The notes under the pieces are model-generated. The model saw nothing but the letters and a program-made list of their open reading frames with translations. It was not told where the DNA came from and searched no databases. Below are positions 28,041 to 43,398 of a DNA stretch of 64,000 nucleotides, in pieces. This stretch comes from Eledone cirrhosa. Its lineage: Eukaryota. A program made the position numbers and the translations under genes. Positions within the stretch are counted from its first letter, which is position 1. The number at the start of each line of letters is the position of its first letter. The stretch is taken from positions 26,970,001 through 27,034,000 of the forward strand of contig OZ024751.1 of the NCBI GenBank assembly GCA_964016885.1, given 5' to 3'.

Positions 28041-28385
28041 CATATATACTTGTGTGTGTATATTAAAGCACTTATTTTGATAAATTGATTTAAATAAAAA
28101 AAACTAAAATAGATAGACAAGTAGATATATATATATAGAGGGGGAGCAAGAGGGTGAGAGAGAGAAAAAGAGTGATAGATAGAGAGAGAATTATAGAGAC
28201 AATGTATTTGTTTGATGTGGAAGTGATTGACAAGTTATCTCAAGAAAATTTATTAAATCAATGAAAACTAGGTTAGCAATAAATAAATAAATTAAAAATA
28301 TAATAGAAATTTGAATAAATTACACCTGACAACCTATAACACATTTCAAACATCTAATTCATTATTAGTATTGCTGTTATTGTTG

Positions 28386-28423
<38 letters not shown>

Positions 28424-28832
28424 TATTATCACCGCCATTATCATCATTATCATCATCATCATTATCATCATTATCATTATTATCATTATCATCATCATCA
28501 TCAACAACATTATCATCAAACTTGATGTCCATTTATGGCAAAGATAGAATGGTTTAAAAGAGAACACCAACATAAAGCATTGTGTGGTAGATTGACAAGA
28601 ATTCTACAATAGAATGGAATAGAAGAGATAGGGGAAGGTGTGTGGTGGGTGCCAAAAGACATATCGGTCAAAATTGGAATCAATAGAAAAAGATAAAGAT
28701 AATTGGTCAATGGATTGGTTTGACCAATAATTTCTTTCATAATGATATTGCTGATTGTTATTATAGATAATTTACAATACTGAACAGCTAGAAGTTAGAT
28801 ATGTCTATAATTAGACCTCCCATAACATAGTC

Positions 28833-28866
<34 letters not shown>

Positions 28867-28964
28867 GAATAAGTATGTATATATATGAATAAGTATGTAT
28901 ATATATCAGCAATGAACTTGAACATCACAATGGATGTTAAATAATGATGTTGTATACATGCACA

Positions 28965-29039
<75 letters not shown>

Positions 29040-29150
29040 ATATATATCACAACATTGATATGTAATGATTTTTTTTTTAATGCTTTCAAGATTTCATTTA
29101 AAAAATACACACATGCACATACGCAGGCATGCACACGCATACACAAACAA

Positions 29151-29191
<41 letters not shown>

Positions 29192-29602
29192 CAAACAAGT
29201 ATGTGAAATTTAAAATATAAAAAAATATATACAAATTAGGCCAAAACAAAAATTTCACAAAATGCTAATAGAAAAATGTGTAATAGTATTTTCAATTCAT
29301 AATTTTCTGAAGGCAAATTATTTTTTCTTCTTCAAAAATACAATTTTCAATTGAATGAAAAATATCTTCTATTTAATGTACTAAAAATGGGAAAAAATAT
29401 TTGAAAAATTACTTCACTTCCCATGTTCCCCCACAAAAAGCAATATTTTGCATTTAAAATTTCTTTTTTTTTATTTTCAAATATAAAATATCCAGGTTGA
29501 ATATTTTGATGAAAATGCATTTGTGTGTAAATAATAGACAAATATTTCTAACTCAATAGATATTTTTTTTTTTTATAAACACACACACACATATATATAT
29601 AT

Positions 29603-30160
<558 letters not shown>

Positions 30161-32748
30161 GGTGATAAGAAACTCTCAGGAGAGCTGGACATCAGAAGGT
30201 CTTCAGAGAAGAAACCCCACTCAAGCAAGTATTTCGGCCCTTAACATATGTATGTATTTAAGTATATCATACACTTACACCCACACATACTTTCAGTAGC
30301 CCTCATGGTAACATTTATTGACAAAACAAATACCAATTGTTTATACATCAATGTAGCATGATTTCAGTTGATTGGAAATCAAACAAAACTTCCTGATGTT
30401 GTTTGTTTTTTAATGTAAATTTTCAAGATTGAATTAAAACAATGCATAAAAGAAAATTCTTTGTTGTCTTGAGCCAAAACATAAATGAAAATAATTTTTT
30501 AAACATGATTGAGTGAAAGTAGGCTGAAGTGAAAGAATGAGCCTCTTGGATAAGAAGTAGTCTACCTACAGTTAGTTACTGAACCATCACTCATACATAC
30601 AACATTTGTACATAACAAGATGACTTATATATTACACAGTACCAGAGTGTATACGGTGTATATGTAGCTTTTAGTGTGAAACACATGGAATTATTGTTGG
30701 TGAAAAGCTTTTGAGTATTCAAATTTGAAATATACATACACATTCTCAGTAATGTTTGAGCAGGGTACAGTGTGGCCAAATGGCCAGTCCTTCCTCATAA
30801 TGGTACCATCCAGTTCCACACTGTAAATGGTTTCTGTCAGGAAGGGCATCTAGATTTTAAAAATCCCAGCCAATTTTACAATTCTGTCTGAGCAAGGTAC
30901 GGTGCGGTCAATCTGGTCAGACTTGTCTCATGATGTGGACGACACATTTAACCCATGCAGGCATGGAAAATGAACATTAAATGGTGATGATAGTAATGTA
31001 ATGATGATGATGATGAAGATGATGATGATGATGGTGGTGATGATGATGATGATGTTATATATAAACCCTTTCAGTCATGAGTGACTATGGGTTTTGCACT
31101 TAGAAAGTTCCGCTCTAAGGCACAAGACCAGGCAAGATGCTTTAGTGGAATACCAGCAGCCACCCATGCATACTAGTTACCCCCTCTCCATACCACCAAT
31201 GTCATCCAAGGGAAAGGCAACGACTGATACAGCTTGGTACCAATGACATCACAGCTCATTTCTACAGCTGAGTGAACTGGAGTAACATGAAGAAAAGTGT
31301 CTTGTTCAAGGACACAACACATTGCCTGGTCCAAGAATTGAACTTACAACTTTACGATTTGAATCCAAATCTCTAACTTCTAAGCTGGTACAATACAAAT
31401 AAATTTCTGTCTAGAAATAGCACACCTGAGATAGTGAGGTCACCATGAAAGGCACTGAGACAAACAATTTACAGATAAAAGAGGCTCTACTTCTAGAGGG
31501 GTATAAACCAAATATTAACAACAGATCTGAGCTACATAGATTGGCTGTGACCAAGCACACAACAAAGGAATAGCTCATAAGAAGAAAATTCTTCTTCATT
31601 CAAGATTTAAAAAGGGATTTTGCCCTGAAATATCAAAAAATATTGTTTTGTTTTGTCATTCTTATATTTCCTATTGGCATTGTAGTGGCTTTCTCAATAC
31701 TTTCTTTATTTCCCAATACTTCATATAAACTATATATCATCACCACCACCATCATCATTTTGGTTTAGCATCAATTCTTCCATGCCGGGAAGTCTGGCCA
31801 TGTTACACCTTGCTCTGGTGAGTACTATAACATGGCTGGGTATTTTACAGCTGGATACCCTTCCTAACACCACATAGTGTGGGACATATATATAGTCAAA
31901 CACATGCACATATAAACACACAAACACATGCACATATATACACACACACACAAACACATGCACATATATACACACACACACAAACACATGCACATATATA
32001 CACACACACACAAACACATGCACATATACACGCACACAAACACATGCACATATATACACACACAAACACATGCACATATATACACACACACAAACACACA
32101 CACACACACACACACAACTCCACCCACCACACAACACTCCCACCTTTACAACATATTTATATACCACTCCCCACACATCTACCACTCCCCACACCTAACC
32201 ATCAATGCTACACTTCCGAATGCATGCACATGTATGTGCACCTGACCACATACACTACCAACACACATTCCTATGCTCATGTCCACGTGTGCTTGTTGCT
32301 CTTGTGCACTCATTTGTGTTCACATGACACCCAGTGGCCCAGCTGTGGCGCCCTCAGTGGTGAAATCTCCTAACATTTACTCCATCCCCACCACTTCCCG
32401 GCTCCATCCATGCACGTAATGAGCTCAAACCTTGTAGCCCTGTATCGTTGTATGCGAAGTTATGCAGCTTCTCTTGCAACCATACCAGGTAATGAAATAT
32501 ACCGGCCACTACTATTTTCACTACCTCCTCTTTTCTACACAGTCCCCCTCGGCTGCTGCTATATGGGTGTTAATGTATGTATATTTAGAAATTCATATGC
32601 ATCCTTAAAAATGGCCATTAAACGATGATGCTGATGATGATACATCCCATTACATTGGTCAGTTTATGCATGCTCACTGAAGCATCTCCACTTTCTCAGC
32701 AGCCCGTCACAGTTCAAGGCTTCTCCTTCAAACATATGAACACACCTT

Positions 32749-32795
<47 letters not shown>

Positions 32796-32867
32796 TTGAT
32801 GTCCACCCACATATACTTTGATTACCCCCTTAAACCTCTCTAATGTGGAAGATGCCACTTGACCATG

Positions 32868-33232
32868 ATGGCAGTATCGGTAGAGGGTCGGACGCCATGC
32901 TTTGACGCATAGAGTTACCGGCCCTTGCCATTCTGAGTTCAAATCCCGCCAAGGTTAACTTTGCCTTTCATCCTTACGGGGTCGATAAAATAAAGTACCA
33001 GTAATGCACTGGGTAATTGCTGGCCTTGTGCCAAATGTAGAAACAATTATTTATGTGGTAATTGGGTGGTGGATTGGCAGTATCAGTAGAGGGTCAGATG
33101 CCATGCTTTGCAGCATAGAGTTACGCCCCTTTATGATCTGAGTTCAAATCCCGCCGAGATTAACTTTGCCTTTCATCCTTACAGAGTCAATAAAATAATG
33201 TACCAGTAATTCACTAGGATAATTGCTGGAAT
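32868..33232 (+). mobile_element. Tandem pair of the same SINE
   Basis: Two head-to-tail copies (32868-33048 and 33068-33232). Confidence 0.85.
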
Positions 33233-33361
33233 TATTTATGTGGTAATATGTCTTTATTGTTCATCTCACACATAACCCCGACCCCTCCCACTAATAAAGA
33301 CATATTACATACACACACAAACATACTGTTATATACATACACACACATGCAATGATATATA

Positions 33362-33421
<60 letters not shown>

Positions 33422-33525
33422 TATGATATATAAATATATGATATATATATATATAAATATATGATATATAAATATATGATATATATATATATATATGATA
33501 TTTATATATATGATATATAAATATA

Positions 33526-33583
<58 letters not shown>

Positions 33584-33631
33584 GATATATATATATATAT
33601 ATATGTTTTGAAACAGCAAGCGAGTTTGAAA

Positions 33632-33824
33632 ATAGAAGTAGAAGCTTTTGCTGTATTTTAGCCTGATAATGGAGTTTAGAACCCTCTAAAAAAGTGGAAA
33701 AAGATGAGTATTGACAAACTTATACGTCAATACTCATCTTTTTCCATTTTTTAGAGGGCTCTAAACCCCATTATCAGGCTAAAAAAATTTTAGTCAAAAA
33801 TATGGCAAAAGCTTCTTTTTCTAT
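33632..33824. repeat. Inverted repeat (~80-bp arms, 10-nt loop) near (TA)n
   Basis: tagcctgataatgg...gatgagtattgac / gtcaatactcatc...ccattatcaggcta. Confidence 0.6.
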
Positions 33825-34408
33825 ATATATATATATGTATATATATATAAAATAATTATAAAGAGTTGGAGATGCACCTAACGTTTTTTTTTATATATAC
33901 ATGCAAATTTCCAGTACACAACAACACTAAAATAGCTCATACAAAATAAATGGATTTTTTTTAACCCAAGGTAGGGTCTGCAGAAATAATCATAGTTATC
34001 TCACTGGACATCAAGTGTTGAAGGGCTCAAGTGTGAAATGAAATTTACAACTGAAACCTATATAGGTTTAACTGGTAGCATACAAGGTTGTGTCTTTAGG
34101 AGGTTTCTCAAATTTTTTAATCATAGGGGCCGCAATCCTATCATGAGAAGCAATGTGAAATGAAGTGTCCTGCATAAGAACATATTGCACCATCAAGAAC
34201 AGGAATTGGACCTACAACCATCTACAATCATAAGTGAAACCACAAGACCAGACACCTTCACTAAAGGATTAAATGACAAGGACAGACAATAATAATGACA
34301 GACATTAAGAAATAATAACAAAGATATCTGTGAATGATAGAGTAGCCATTAGGGTAGGAGGGTGGTGTGTAAGATGGAGGTGAAGATCTGTGTAAGTATC
34401 ATACGTAC

Positions 34409-34521
34409 CATATTCATCATCATCATCATCACTGATATATTCCAGGTTATCGTAAGATGAATGACAGCTTCCATCTTGAAGGTTTCCAGCTTCTCCGTCT
34501 TTTGGACATAACTTTGTACCT
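34409..34521 (-). CDS. PCLO: Piccolo-like exon (113 nt, phase 2-1): GTKLCPKDGEAGNLQDGSCHSSYDNLEYISDDDDDEY
   Basis: Acceptor ctctatttcag|A, donor G|gtacgt; phases match neighbours. Confidence 0.8.
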
Positions 34522-34619
34522 CTGAAATAGAGGAGATTTCGAAGGGTTTTGAAAGCCATCACGTAGTAAAAAAAGGTTGGTGCCCACATAACTCTATCTA
34601 TAAACCTTATAGAAGAAAT

Positions 34620-34985
34620 ATCATGTGATATTTGTCATGTCATATCTACTGTGTCAGATCTACTATGTCAGATCCATGCCATGTCTACCATGTCATATCT
34701 GTCAGGTGATATTTGCCATGACATATCTGTCATGTGATTTCTACCATTTGATATCTACTATTTGATATCTACTATGTGATATCTACTATGTGATATCTAC
34801 TATGTGATATCTACTATGTGATATCTACTATGTGATATCTACCATTTGATATCTACTATGTGATATCTACCATTTGATATCTACTATGTGATATCTACTA
34901 TGTGATATCTACAATGTGATATCTATTATGTGATCTACCATATCATATCTGTCATGTCATATCTACTATGTGATATCTATTATAT
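34620..34985. repeat. 14-bp minisatellite filling the 483-nt intron
   Basis: gatatctactatgt. Confidence 0.9.
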
Positions 34986-35004
34986 GAAGAAAGAAACTAC
35001 TTAC

Positions 35005-35113
35005 GGCCGAACAACCAGTTCAATCTCACCATTAGGATGTGAAATTGTCTGTTGAACTTCTTCATAGGTTTTACCAGTTAATTCTATACCATTCCATTCT
35101 AAGATTTGGTCTC
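35005..35113 (-). CDS. PCLO: Piccolo-like PDZ exon (109 nt, phase 1-2): [36 protein letters not shown](P)
   Basis: Acceptor ttttcttttgcag|GA, donor CC|gtaagt; LEWNG..LT.KTYEEVQ motif of Piccolo/RIM PDZ. Confidence 0.95.
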
Positions 35114-35200
35114 CTGCAAAAGAAAATAGCAAAAACAAAAACAGAGATAAGTGTCTGGAAAAGAATGCTACATACACAGATTGGTAGATAAGGGGAGGGG

Positions 35201-35488
35201 AATAGATGTTAGAGCAGGGCTATAGAAGTTAGAGGAGGGCTATAGATGTTAGAGGAGGGCTATAGATGTTAGAGGAGGGCTATAGAAGTTAGAGGAGGGC
35301 TATAGAAGTTAGAGGAGGGCTATAGATTTTAGAGGAGGGCTATAGATTTTAGAGGAGGGCTATAGAAGTTAGAGGAGGGCTATAGATGTTAGAGGAGGGC
35401 TATAGAAGTTAGAGGAGGGCTATAGATGTTAGAGGAGGGCTATAGATGTTAGAGGAGGGCTGTAGATGTTAGAGGAGGGCTATAGATG
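35201..35488. repeat. 20-bp minisatellite
   Basis: tatagatgttagaggagggc. Confidence 0.95.
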
Positions 35489-37691
35489 TGTTATCCAATA
35501 TGCAATGTGTTGGTGTATTTCAGTTAACCTGTCTGTACTGGTTGTCATTCTATGTTATTTTGAATTCAGTTGGGTAAAGAAGGGGCAGTTCTTCAAAGTG
35601 GAATGAAGCTGTGCGAGAGGAAGACCAAGGCTGATCTCATAATTGATAAAGGAAGGCAACAAATGATTAATCCCTGTTTTGTGAAGAAGACTTATCCAAC
35701 CCATGCAATATTTCAATATTTCCCCATCATTATCATCATCATTATCATCATCATTATCATCATCATCATTATCATCATCATCAATTTGCTTTTCTAGCTA
35801 GCACAGGTTGTTTGGGTCTTTTTTGTCACAACGTACCTCCACTTGTCACGTTACTTAGTCAACTCCTCAGTAAGATCCAATGATCTGAGATCAGCTCTCA
35901 TGACCTTCCAAGACCAAGTCTTCCTTGGTCTTCCTTCTACTGAGATTTCTTCACCCAGTGATCATCATCCCTCCACATAATATGTCGATACCAGCACACT
36001 CACTTTTATTATTATATTGTTAACAAACACTTGCAATAACTACAACAGCCACACTATAATCAACTCCAGTACTCAACTCTTGAAACGATGTGAAAACTAT
36101 TATCAACCTTCGTATATAACTGGTACTTTTTCTATCGACCCCAGAAGAATGAAAGGCATACCTAGAGATTATCAATGACACACTAAAGTGTCATGACACA
36201 CACACATACATGTGCACACATATATACACACACATACATGTGCACACATAAATACACACACATACATGTGCATATATATATATATATACACACACACATA
36301 CATGTGCACACATATATACACACACATACATGTGCATATATATGTATATATACACACACACATACATGTGCACACATATATACACACACATACATGTGCA
36401 TATATATGTATATATATATGAGGATGGATTCAGTTTGAAACTGGTTAGACCATTACTCAACAGAGTACTCAATACTTGGAGTAGTACAGTATAGTTAATA
36501 TACACACATATATAAACCACGTTTATCATCAACAGCACACATTGAGGAACCAACCAAATGTTTGACTTCTCTAAATATTATGAATCTCCTGTCAAAGATG
36601 TCTTTAAAACTTAATTCTTCCATCCTCTGTTATCTCCATGGCAACATATTCCAGGAACTTTTACCACTGACCCTAATTTCACTACCATGTCACACTTTAT
36701 CTCCCTCTTTATTCTGGCCCAGATCTTGCCCAACTAAACATTTGTTGTTACTCATTCTCCAAGGATGAATCCTTGCTTTATTGTACAGATGTAATATCTT
36801 CACTGCCCTCCCTACCACCACCATTAACCCCTCCTACCACAACCATTAACCCCTCCTACCACCACCATTAATCCCTCCTACCACCACCATTAACCCCTCC
36901 TACCACCACCATTAACCCCAACATAAAATACAGTAAAAACACCTTGAGTATTATCTAAGTTTTGTTGCAGCCGACATGACAGAAAACATCTGTTAAAATA
37001 CTTAAGACAGAAAATGCAGTATTTTGAATAAAAATAAGATTTTTCTAGCTGCAATCATTGAATTTTGAGAGATTAAGTACAATGTATACATACATGTGTG
37101 TGTATATGATATGCGATACATATATAGAGAGAGATTCACATATATATACATATGTATAGATGTGTTATTTACCAAATGTCTAATATTCTGTTTGTTCCAG
37201 GGTGTTTTCCCCTGTTTTCAGCCCCATCTCAGCCTTCACTTCGCCACCCTATGTCTTGTATAACAGAAGTCTTGTAAGATTGTATCAACGTCAACAACCA
37301 ATATATTTTTATTCATTTCGTCAACATATAACATTGAAGAAATCAACTTCTAAACACACAAGACAAACACAGAGATGTGACTGGATAAGTCTTTCCCCTT
37401 TGTAGATTTTATTATCAGAAAATAATAACAAAAATGGGACTTGGGTTGGTGCCTTCAATAACATCCGTTGCATAATTTTGTAAATCTTTTTTTCTACAGT
37501 GCAATACACAACAACGTCAACTACATACAGTAATATACATACATGCTGCTATATACATACATGTTGCTATATACATACATTAAACATAGGTCTTAAACAT
37601 CTGTCTATCTACTTAGTATGAAATAGGTGTGTCCAATTCAACACAATGAAATACATCTGCATTTGTGTCTGTATACAATAAAATATGTGTG

Positions 37692-37741
<50 letters not shown>

Positions 37742-38120
37742 GCATAGATATATACACACGCAATCATACATAGATCTAGATACACATACACCCAAACACG
37801 TGTACAATACATATACAATGTATCTTCTTTACATACAATAAAATATACGTACATATAAACAAACACACACATGTATGTATAATATATATATAATACATAG
37901 TGAACATCCACACAACTACATCAAGTGAAACGCATTTCCATCTGTTTACAATTCATTTCTAACATCAATGTATATACTTTATAAACAACAGCATATGGAT
38001 GTGTGTGTGTGTGTGTGTATTATTAATATACATACATACATATATACATGAGAGTTAGATATTGGACACGTGTATCACTCTCTCTCAATATATATATATT
38101 GGTATGTATGTATTCAGACA

Positions 38121-38178
<58 letters not shown>

Positions 38179-38493
38179 ATCCTACCCATGCCAGCGTGGA
38201 AGATGGACGTTAAATGATGATGATGATAATGATGATATATATATAGAGAGAGATATAGATATATTTAGAAAACGTGGGGGGAAACAAAAGGACAATTCCC
38301 ACTGATTTGCTGTCTTCTATGGATCACTGATATTTTGAACGCATTAAAGACAGTACATCTCACCTCAGTGCGTTAATAACTAAAATGGATAGCTATCCAG
38401 GAAGAAACACAATGGACGATAACAAAGAGAACGCCAAAAAAAAAGAAAAAAAATGGCTAAAAGGAAGAGCAAGGGGAAAAGACTGAGGCAACA

Positions 38494-38527
<34 letters not shown>

Positions 38528-38843
38528 GTGATGTGTTGTTTCCTTGAGCAAGACACTTTATTTCACATTGCTTCAGTTTACTCAGCTGTAGAAATGAGAT
38601 GATAGGGACTGGGGTCCATATCATTCCACTGCAAAGTGGTCGTGGAGGTGCCACGGCAAAAAAGCACCCAGCACTCACTGTAAATGAGGTTGGTGTTAGG
38701 AAGGGCATCCAACACTTCCATCTTACAGTGCCAACAAGATGCTTTCTATTGTGTCACTAGCACTTCCACCTTACAGGGTGGACTAGGTACTCTCTATGAT
38801 GCTGTGCAGAGGTCTAACAACAACTAAACTATATGTCTCTTAC

Positions 38844-38969
38844 CCTCTTCCAATTCTCCATGTAACTGTTCTGCAATTCCTCCAGGGTAAATTGCGGCTA
38901 CATATGCTACCATCTCTTCATCAGGTCCTTGCTGTTTACCTCCAACAATTTTCATCCCAATTCCATTTC
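38844..38969 (-). CDS. PCLO: Piccolo-like PDZ exon (126 nt, phase 1-1): GNGIGMKIVGGKQQGPDEEMVAYVAAIYPGGIAEQLHGELEE(G)
   Basis: Acceptor tctggcag|GA, donor G|gtaaga; GLGF-loop equivalent GNGIGMKIVGG typical of Piccolo/RIM PDZ. Confidence 0.93.
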
Positions 38970-39358
38970 CTGCCAGACACATTAGAAATGAAAAAACTAG
39001 ATTAGAAAATGACAAAACATCACAAAACAATAATGAAAGCCATTACTTCACCCAAAATATAGATAACAGAAGTAAATGTGTTGAGATAACATGATAGCAA
39101 TGATATTTCTGTGAGGACAAGATCAATAAATCACCTGTGTAATTGTCTCTAGCCCTTGTCTTACCTGTGTGATGTGTTTTACAGATTCTCACTTCATTCT
39201 TTTTAGAGCAGTGCTTCCCAAACTGTCATGGAACCGTTATGGGATTTTGTAATAAGTTGCAAAACACCAAACCCATTTCTATATTTTGCAATTTGCACTC
39301 CCACAAGACATTTAATGAAACAGTTTTTGTGTTTTTGAGAGAGAATATATATATATAT

Positions 39359-39549
39359 ACAGTGAGCTTCCGTTATAATGAAATTCATGGGGTATAAAAA
39401 AAAATTTGTTTTAACGAAAAATTCTTTATAACAAGATCGACCGAAACAAATCGAGTGTTTGTTTCTTATTACCTTGGAGATTGAAAAAAATGTTGTTATA
39501 CTGAAAAATTCATTATAATGGTATTCGTTATTTAAGAATTTTACCTGTA
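39359..39549. mobile_element. Possible Tc1/pogo-type MITE
   Basis: TA|CAG...CTG|TA ends with repeated cgttataa sub-terminal motifs. Confidence 0.4.
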
Positions 39550-40471
39550 TAATATATAATTTGTAAAATAATGAGGAAGCTGTTAAAAGTGCAAAATGCC
39601 ATAAATTGTGATGTCAGGTAAAATTTACCTCAAAGGATAAATATCAGCAGCTAGAAGTGTTTTGGCAGCAGAAGTGATAGGGAGAAAGAAGAAAAGGAAT
39701 AAAATGGATGAGAGGAGATGACACAAACATTAGCTTTTAGACTGCCTCTGGTTTCGACAATTTAACTAAAAGTACCAGGTAAGCTAGATGGCTTGAAACA
39801 ATGGAGAAATAAATATCTCAGTTGGTATAATGTTTGTGTTAGGAATGAATAGATTAGATAGACAGGTAGGTCAGAGAGAGAGAGAAAAATATAGTGTATC
39901 CACTCAGCCTTAGATCACCACATGTAAGTGGAAGTGATGAGTAGGAATGGGAGTTAGAGAAGAGAGAAGGAGAGAAAAGAAGCTGTAAGAGGAAAAGAAG
40001 AGAGGTTAACTTTGCTTTTCATCCTTACGGGGTCGATAAAATAAAGTACCAGTAATACACTGAAATAATTGCTGGCCTTGTGCCAAAAGTAGAAACAATT
40101 ATATATTATATTATATTATATATTATATAATATTATATATTATATTATATATTATATTATATTATATATTATATTATATACATATAATATATATATATAT
40201 ACAAGTGGAAGCTTAGTAAAATCGAAGCTTTGGCTGTGGCCAAGCTAACGACCTACAATTAGGAATGAGCAGCAAAGCACTCAATAAGGCAGGCCTTAGA
40301 GTAATAACATACGTTTAGACAGCTTGACAAATTGAAAATTACGACAGGCAGACCTAGCCACACAATACCAAAAACAACGAAAAAACTAATCAGGTCAGTT
40401 ATATATAGAATAGATTTATTCCCCTTTCTTTCATTTTTGTCTCTCTCCCCTCTGTTCTTTTCCTCTTACAG

Positions 40472-40506
<35 letters not shown>

Positions 40507-40539
40507 TCATCCCATAAGTAATGTCATTTTTTGCTTTTG

Positions 40540-41430
40540 AAGAGATAAAAAAACATGAAGTATATATTTTCATTGACATCAATAACAACCTTCCAATGCT
40601 GTAAGAGTTTGCTGGTTCCATTCCGATAGGAATCAGAATTGTAGGAGAACATTGGTCCATTTCAAGTGCCTCTATATAATTGTACTCTTTTCCATTAATA
40701 ACATGTTGCAAACTTTGTAATAAATGATAATCAGAAGGAACAAACTAAAGAGAATATGGAGGGTGTGGAAGCCTTTCCCAGCCAAGTTTCTCAATCTTGT
40801 AACATGTAATTCTTGTACTATAAGGTCTGGCATTGTTGTGATAAAACCCTTTCAATTAAGTAGAGAATATCTTTTTCCTTTCAATGTTTCATTCAATCGA
40901 ACAAGTTGATCATAGTGTACTTGAGTTTTGAGTGTCTGGTTTTGTGGTAAGGCTTTAAATTGTATTATACCTGTCATATACCTGTCATATCGCACCAACC
41001 AAATGCTTAACAAGACCTTATGATTTATATATATATCATAGAGTATCAATACATTTCAAATATGGACACTCTCAAGAATGAAGAGCAGTACAGATATTAA
41101 TGTTTTCTCTTCAATTGTTTCCTCTCATTTCATTCACTTGCCAAGCTTAGACACCAGTCCACATTCCTGTAAATGGCGATGCATTGGTTGTTGATGCCAA
41201 ATTAACCTCTTCTGCTACTGTTCAATTGCGACATTCAGCATATCATTATCAAAAGCGACACCCAGAGTGGTGGCCATCTTCCAAGTCAATGTCCTCTTGT
41301 TAAAATCTATTGAACTATTGTTGGCACTTACAAAACATTGAAAACACTTTCACCCTACACTTTTTCCAGTATTTATAGCACTGTTGACTTTTTTAAACTT
41401 GTAAAGCATGACATGTCTTTTCTGGGACTT
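40540..41430 (-). pseudogene. Degenerate mariner (DD34D-type) transposase
   Basis: RHVMLYKFKK N-terminus; CDMTGIIQFKALPQNQTL..YDQLVRLNETLKGKR; HNNARPY..KLGWERLPHPPYS.*..PSDYHLLQSLQ; stops and frameshifts; boundaries approximate. Confidence 0.85.
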
Positions 41431-43398
41431 CTATTATCTGGAAGGATTATTAAAGCAACAAATTAAAACTTATGTCTGTAAGCCAGAAACTATTTGATTG
41501 AAGCTTTTCTTTCTACAGCTGTGAAATAATCTTAGTTATGCTGGAACATGTTTTAACAAGAACAATGTAGAAATTACATTATTTATGGAATGAGATGATA
41601 ATTTAAATTGAACTTGTGTAATGGTCTAAAATTTCACCAAAAATCTTCCTTAAAATTTAAAAATAATTTTCCTGAAAAATTTCTCAAACGTTTTCCTCGA
41701 TATTTTTTTTTTAATTTCCTGAAGATGTTTTTGAAAAGATTTCAAACTCTTCTGCTGATATTACAACAATATTCTCTCTAAATCATTAACAAAACTTTTT
41801 GGAAATTTCACTGAACATTTCCTCAAAAATGTTCCGCCATATTTAATATTTTCTTCAAAAGATTTTTTAATATTTTCATTACATTTTTTCTAAGATTTAA
41901 AAAGTTTTCTCAAAAATATTTCTTAGAATTTTTAAAAACAATTTCAATGTTTCTCAAAATTTTTCAAAAATCTTCATTAACATTTTCATAAAATATGTTC
42001 TCAAAAATTTTAAAGAATTTTCTTGAAAAGTTTCTCAATTATTTTCCTCAAAATTTTCTTTAGAATTTTATCAAAATGTTTTCGAAAAAAATTCATGGAA
42101 AATTATTTCAAAAAGTTCACCAAATTTATAAAATAAATTTTTTCTCAAAATTTTCACAAAATGAAATTTTTGATGATTTTTTTCAAAAAAGTTTGAGAAA
42201 ATTTTCGGGAATATTTTTGATTAAAATTATTGAGAAATTTTTTAGGAAAAATTTTGAACATTTTTGAGAAAAATTTTTCAGATTTTGATGAAATGTTTTG
42301 AAAATTTTGGAAAAAAATTTTCAACAAAAATTTCCCTCTCATTTTTCGAAACTTCAACGAATATTCTCTCAAAATGTTTTTAATGGTTTTCGAAAATCTT
42401 TCTCTAAATAGAATTTTACTGAAAATTTTAAAGATAACTTTTTAGATAATATTTGAAAATTTTTGAAAATGTGGGCATCCACAATGAAAAAATATATTAC
42501 AACATTCGATGACTATAAATAATAGTTAGGAAAATCGGATACACTACTGTTAGTGATGGAAAGAACTGAACATCGACTTCTGTTCACTTTTTCCGACGGT
42601 GAGGATTTTAAAGTGAGTTTTTCAATTATTATTTATTTAAAAAAATTTTGAAACTTTTAAAGAAAATTTTTCTGAAGTGTTTTGAAAACTTTTGAGAATA
42701 TTTTGATGAAAGCTTTGTCAAATATTTTCTTTAAATTTTTATCGAAATATTTTCGAAAAAATTTCAACAAAAATGATCAATTTTGACAAATTTTACTTTC
42801 ACATATCTCAAACAATCGCTTTGTTCCCGGTCTTCCCCTTTCAATGTGGCCACCACCACAAGCTCCATCACCACAAGCTCCACCACCATCACATGCCCAT
42901 TATCTTCTCTATCATTACCTCCACTGTGATCTCAGAAAAAGAATTTAAGCTGTTTTTATTCAAATGTACATTTGAAAAAAATTCAAAAATGCAACAGAGC
43001 AAGCAGATGGTGAGATTTTAAAGTTAATATATGTGTGAGTGTGTGTGAGAGGGGGAGAGAGGGAGAGAGAAAGAGAGTGTGAGAGAGAGTGAGAGGGGGA
43101 GGGAGAGAGAGAGTGAGAGTGAGAGAGAGAGTGAGAGAGAGAGTGAGAGAGTGTGTGAGAGATAGAGAGAGAGAGAGTGTGTGAGAGATAGATAGAGATA
43201 GAGAGAGAGAGAAAGAGTGAGAGAGAGAGAGAGAGAGTGTGCGTGTACATACATAGATGTATATATATATACATACGTATATTTGTGCACCTGGTTGTTT
43301 ACTAAACCATAACAACCCATAACACACACACACACAGTCATGGTCAACTCACACACACACACACACAAACACACACACAGGTTTTAACTATTTATAAC

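Noticed and set aside
34405-34408. Alternative donor AC|gtatga 4 nt downstream
   Set aside because: Would shift the frame relative to the next exon; no evidence of use
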